DNA of 64,000 nucleotides from the human T2T-CHM13v2.0 reference genome, Homo sapiens. Below the pieces are notes generated by a model. That model was not told the DNA's origin, did not search any database, and was given only the letters and a program-made list of their open reading frames with translations. Position 1 is the stretch's first letter. Each line of letters opens with the position of its first letter. Position numbers and translations under genes: made by a program. The DNA lies in the NCBI RefSeq assembly GCF_009914755.1, contig NC_060926.1; one strand, written 5' to 3'. Below are positions 57,851 to 64,000 of this stretch, one piece after another.

Positions 57851-59235
57851 TGGGGTCTGAAGGATGGTGGCCCTCCTCTCACAGCTCCACTAGGCAGTGC
57901 CCCAGTGGGGACTCTTTGTGGGAGCTTTGACCCCACATTTCCCTTCCACATGACCCTAGCAGAAATTCTGTATGAGGGAGGGCTTCACCCCTGCAGCAAA
58001 CTTCTTCCTGGCCATCCAGGCATTTCCGTACATCCTCTGAAATCTAGGAGGCAATTCCCAAGTTTTAATTCTTAACTTCTGCGTATTCTCAGGGTCAACA
58101 CCACATGGAAGCTGCCAATGCTTGGGGCTTCCACCCTCTGAATCTATGGCTCATGCTGTATACCTTAGCCCCTTTTAGCCATGGCTGGAGTAGCTGGGAT
58201 GCAGAGTACCAAGTCCCAAGGTTGCACACAGCAGGAGTCCCCTGGACCCAGTCCAGGAGACCATTTTTTCCCCTAGACCTCCAGTCCTGTGATGGGAGGC
58301 ACTGCTTCAAAGGCCTCTGACATGCCCTGGAGACATTTTCTCCATTGTCTTGGCCATTAGCATTTGGCTCCTCATTATTTCTGCTTGAATTTCTGCCCAG
58401 AAAATAGATTTTTCTTTTCCACTGCATTGTCAGGCTGAAATTTTTCCAAAGTTTTAGGCTCTGTCACCTCCTGAGTGCTTTGCTGCTTAGAAATATCTCC
58501 TGCCAGATACCCTAAGTTATCTCTCTCAAGATCAAAGTTACACAGATCTTTAGGGCAGGGGCAAAATCCTGCCAGTCTCTTTGGTAAAGCATAACAAGAG
58601 TCACCTTTGCTCCAGTTTCCAACAAGTTCCTCATATTCATCTGAGACCACCTGAGCCTGGACTTTATTGTCCATATCACTATCAGCATTTTGGTTAAAGC
58701 CATTCAACTAGTCTCCAGGAAGTTTCAAACTTTCCCACATTTTCTTGTGTTTCTCATAGCCATCCAAACCTTCCAACCTCTGCCTGTTACCCAGTTCCCA
58801 TGTTGCTTCTACATGTTAGGGTATTCTTATAGCAGCTCCCCACTTCTGGTACCAATTTACTGTATTAGTCCATTCTCATGCTGCTAATAAAGACATACCC
58901 AAGACTGGGTAATTTATAAAGGCAAACAGTTTAATTGACTCACAGTTCAGCATGGCTAAGGAAGTCTCAGGAAACTTATAATCATGGTGGAAGGGGAAGC
59001 AAACACATACTTTTTCACATGGTGGCAACAAGGAGAAGTGCCAAGCAAAGGGGGAAAAGCCCCTTATGAAACCATCAGCTCTTGTGAGAACTCACTCACT
59101 ATCATGAGGATAGTTTGAGGATAACCACCTCCATGATTCAATTACCTCCCACTGGGTCACTCCTACAACATGTGGGGATCATGGGAATTACAATTCAAGA
59201 TGATATTTGGGTGGGTACATGGCCAAGCCATATAA
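57851..59235 (-). mobile_element. THE1 MaLR: 5' LTR (58861-59235) plus about 1 kb of internal region; 3' part missing
   Basis: Antisense LTR 'tgtattagtccattctcatgctgctaataaagacatacccaagactggg'; junction 'ggtaccaatttac'; internal 'cagctccactaggcagtgccccagtggggactct'. Confidence 0.93.
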
Positions 59236-61755
59236 ACATGCAAGTCAGTAAATATAACACACATATCAACAGAATAAAGGAGACAAACCATATGATTATT
59301 TCAATTGATGCTGAAAAAGCATTTATAACATTCAACATTTCTTCATCATAAAAATCCTCTGAATACTGCGTACAAAATGAGCATACCTCAACACAGAAAA
59401 AAACCATATATGACAGACCCATAGCTAGTGTCATACTGATTGGGGAAATATGAATATCCTTTTCTCTAAAATCTGAAACATGACAAGGATGTCCAGTTTC
59501 ACCACTGTTATTCAACATAGTACTGGAAGTCCTAGCTACAGCAATCAGACAAGATAAAGAGATAAAGGGCACACAAATTGGAAAATCAAATTATCCTTGT
59601 TTGAAGATGATATGATCTTATATTTAGAAAAACCTAAAGACTCTACCAAAAAGCTATTTGAACTGATAAACAAATTCAGCACTGTTGCAGGATAAAAAAA
59701 AAAATCAGCATATAAAAATAGTAGCATTTCTGTATGCTGACAGTCAATAATCTAAAAAAGAATTCGAGAAAGTAATCCCATTTACAATAGCTACAAATAA
59801 AATAAAACACCTAGTAATTAACTTAACTGGAGAAGTGAAAGATCTCTATAATGAAAATTACAAAACATTGATGCAAGAAAGGAAGAAAACCCAAAAAGGG
59901 AAGATATTCCCTGTTCATGATTTGGAAGAATCAATATTATTAAAATGTCCATAATACTTAAAGTAATTGATAGATTTAATGCAACATCTTGCAAAATAGC
60001 AATGATATTCTTCACATAATTAGAAAATACAATATAAAATTAATATGGAATCACAACGGCCAAAGCTATCCTGAGCAAAATAATAAAAACTGGAGGAATC
60101 ACATTACCTGAGTTCTAATTATACTACAGAGCTATAGTAACCGAAACAGTACAGCACTGGCATAAAAACAGACACATAGACCAATAAAACATAATAGAGA
60201 AGCCAGAAATAAATCTGTACATCTACAGTAAATTCATTTTCAACAAAGGGGCCAAGAATATACCCTGGAGAAAGAACAGTCTCCGCAATAAATGATGCTG
60301 TTAAAACTGGATATTCATATGCAGAAGAATGAAACTAGATCCCTATCTCTTGCTGTATACAAAAATCAAATCAAAATGGAATAAAGACTTAAATCTGTGA
60401 CTTCCAACTCTTAAGCCACTAAAATAAAACATTGGAGAAATGCTCCAGGACGTTGGACTGGGTGAAGATTTCTTGAATAATAATAAGCACAGACAGCCAA
60501 AGCAGAAATGGGCAAATGGAATCACATCACATTGAGTTAAAAAGCTTCTGCACAGCAAAGAACACAATCAACAAAGTGAAGAGACAACCTACAGAATGGA
60601 AGAAAATATTTGCAAACTCTCCATTCTGACAAGGAGTTAATAACCACAATATATATGGCACTCATACAACTCTATAGGAAAAAATCTAATAATCTGATAA
60701 AAAAATTGGCAAAATATCTGAATAGACATTTCTGAAAAGAAGACATACAAATGGCAAACAGACATATGAAAAGGTGCTCAACATCATTGGTCATCAGAAA
60801 AGTGCAGATAAAACTACAATGAGATATCATCTCATCTCAGTTAAAATTGTTTTAATCCAAAAAACAGTTCATAACAAACGCTGATGAGGATGTGTAGTAA
60901 AAGGACACCTCATACACTATTGGCGGGAATGTAAATTAATATAACCACTAGGGAGAACAGTTTGGAGGTTTCTCAAAAAACTAAAGGTAGAGCTACCATA
61001 TGATCCAGCAATCCCACTGCTTGGTATATATCCAAAAGAAAGGAAGTCAGTATATTGAAGAGATATCAGCACTCCTATATTTATTGCAGCACTATTCACA
61101 ATAGTCAAGATTTGGAAGCAATCTACATGTGTATCAACAGATAAATGCACAATCTACGTGTGTATCAAAGAAAATGTGGTATATATACACAGTGGAGTAC
61201 TATTCAGCCCCCCAAAATAGAGATCTTGTCATTTATAATAACATGAATGGACTTGGAAGACATTATGTTAAGTGAAATCAGCCAGGCATAGGAAGACAAA
61301 TGTCACATGTTCTCACTCATTCACTGTAGCCAAAAATTAAAACAACTGATCTCATTGAGATAGAAAGAGGATGTTTATCAGAGGTTTGGAAGGGTAGTGG
61401 TAGGGGAGGGGAATTGGGACTGGTTAATGGGTACAAAGATATAGTTAGAGAAAAAGAATAGATTTGGTATTTGATAGCACAACAGGGTGATTAAAGTCAA
61501 CTAATTTATTGTACATTTCAAAATAACCAAAATAGTATAATTGGAAGGCTTACAACACAAAAGATAAATGCTCGAGTGGACAGATTTTCCATTTATTCTG
61601 ATATTATTATTATGCATTGTATGCCCGTATCAAAATATCTCATGTATCCCATAAATATACACACCTATGTACCCAGAAAAATTGTAAAACTAAAAATTAA
61701 AAGAAATTGCAGTGAGGTATATACATACGTCCGGAGATGAAATGTATAGCAGAAG

Positions 61756-62476
<721 letters not shown>

Positions 62477-63107
62477 GAAGGACTATAGTTAGTAATACTG
62501 TGTTGTATATTAAAAATTTGCTAAACACACACACACAGAAAAAAAGGTAACTATAGAAGATGATGGTTATGTTAATTTGCTTACTTGTAGTAATATTTCA
62601 CTATATACTGTAAACAAAGGCAAAAAAAATTATTAATTGGGGGATTATATAAAAAATGAAATCATATTACACTATATGATAGCTTTTAACATTTATTTAG
62701 TCATCATTACATTAAAATGGAATGTTAATCTAACCAAGAATTATAATGTAATAAATTGGATTCTGGTTGCGGGGAAATATATGACTCAAGGAAAAATAAT
62801 GGTGAAAAACACATATCCTTATCAAACTTAGAAAACAAAAACATTTTTTCAATGGCAGCATAAACCTATTTTTCTTGAAAAATAGTTTAAAAATGAAATA
62901 CTCAAAGAATTCCTAGTAGTTACATCTATGGGGCAAAACTGGGGGTATAGAAGGGATTTCTTGAAACAGTTGTTTTTTTATAATACAATTTTGAGAAGTA
63001 TTGATGATACATTTTAACATAACAAATATAAAAAATAGCTTTGATAATAATGAAAGAAAAAAGTAAATATTGTTAAAAAGATTGGTAAAGAGACAGTGGA
63101 CATGATT

Positions 63108-63582
63108 AAGTAGAGACAGTTAGTTGCTCCTATATATGTACTAACCTGTTCTTCCATGGTAATGGAAATTTTAGCTGAGCTCATAGTAGCCCAGAATAAA
63201 GATCATGTACGTCAGCCTTCCATGCACGTAGGTATAGCCATGTGACATCACTTGCCAGTGAGATGTAAGCAGCAGTATCCCATGGCAGTTTCTTGAAGCC
63301 TTCCTAAAGAAGTAGGGTGCACGTATCTTTGCATTTTCTTCATCTTCACTCCCTCCTTAATGTTCATTCTTCTCTCCATCCTGCAGCAAGGAATATGATT
63401 GCTACTCTCATGCACCACAAAGTTAAGACTATGCACAACTGAGAAATGAAAACAGAAAGAGCCTGCTTCTTGACACAGGGGGAACTCTATCTGCCCTAGA
63501 TAATTTATCTTCTAAAATATGAGAGTTATATTGGTTTTTCTGATATTCATAGTTGAAGCTAATTTTGCAATGCTAATATCAT
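63108..63582 (+). mobile_element. Old MaLR LTR (MLT1J-like)
   Basis: 'gcccagaataaaga...cagccttccatgca...gccatgtgac...ccagtgagatgtaagcag', 'aaacagaaagagcctg'. Confidence 0.72.
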
Positions 63583-64000
63583 TAAACTTGTTATTTAAGA
63601 TTTAAAAAAATGAAATCAAGAATCAATGAAGACATACGAAGAAAGAGACTAAGAAAGAACTAATATAAAGCATAATAATCAAAGCAATGTAATTCTGGAG
63701 TTGGTAGAATCATAAAGCTATTAGAACGAAAGAAAAAGCTTAGAAATGGTCAAAGAGATACGAAACTATGATTTGAGTTATATTTCAGATTACTCGTTAA
63801 AAGTATAAATAATAGGCTCTCATAAAATATGAATCTATAATACATAAATATTTATATATCATATTTATTATATTTAATAAATTATACTGAAAGAGTAAAA
63901 CCTTTTCTGGAACTGTGAGACTGAAAATCAACTTAGACAAGAAAAGGAAAAACAGTTCTGCCATTTATAAGGCCAACAGTACAGATGCAGATAGAGTCAG

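Larger units (their letters stand above)
56035..61705 (+). mobile_element. Long L1 (L1MA-type): ORF1, ORF2 start, [THE1 insertion and deletion], ORF2 remainder, 3'UTR
   Basis: ORF1 'gaaagaattagtgaacttgagg', 'gcagacttctcagtggaaacc'; ORF2 'aatgtaaatggactaaactctccaatc' (ICCPQEMHFT); RT 'gatgatatgatcttatat'; L1MA-type 3' end. Confidence 0.94.

Noticed and set aside
56035-61705. Potentially active full-length L1
   Set aside because: No 5'UTR, many stops and frameshifts, a THE1 insertion and a large ORF2 deletion.

Overview
AT-rich, CpG-poor primate (most likely human) non-coding DNA, dominated by nested interspersed repeats: 14 Alus, several L1 nests, MaLR/ERV LTRs (including a complete LTR-int-LTR MLT1A-type element), a full-length decayed Hsmar2 mariner, hAT/Tigger MITEs, and L2/MIR/CR1 relics. 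No intact protein-coding gene, tRNA, rRNA or CRISPR array is supported. The supplied ORFs are repeat-derived or chance, and repeat subfamily names come from recalled consensus sequences and need RepeatMasker confirmation. I do not see a convincing new biological system. The most unusual signal is a recurring set of locally templated repair or template-switch scars: a perfect 54-bp-arm hairpin inside an L1, a 200-bp copy pasted 1.7 kb downstream into an L2, a (TA)n tract containing snippets copied from about 1 kb and 2.9 kb away, and a fold-back inside one LTR. There are also weak hints of the 3' end of a + strand transcript near 28.2-28.6 kb and a possible conserved enhancer near 46 kb.
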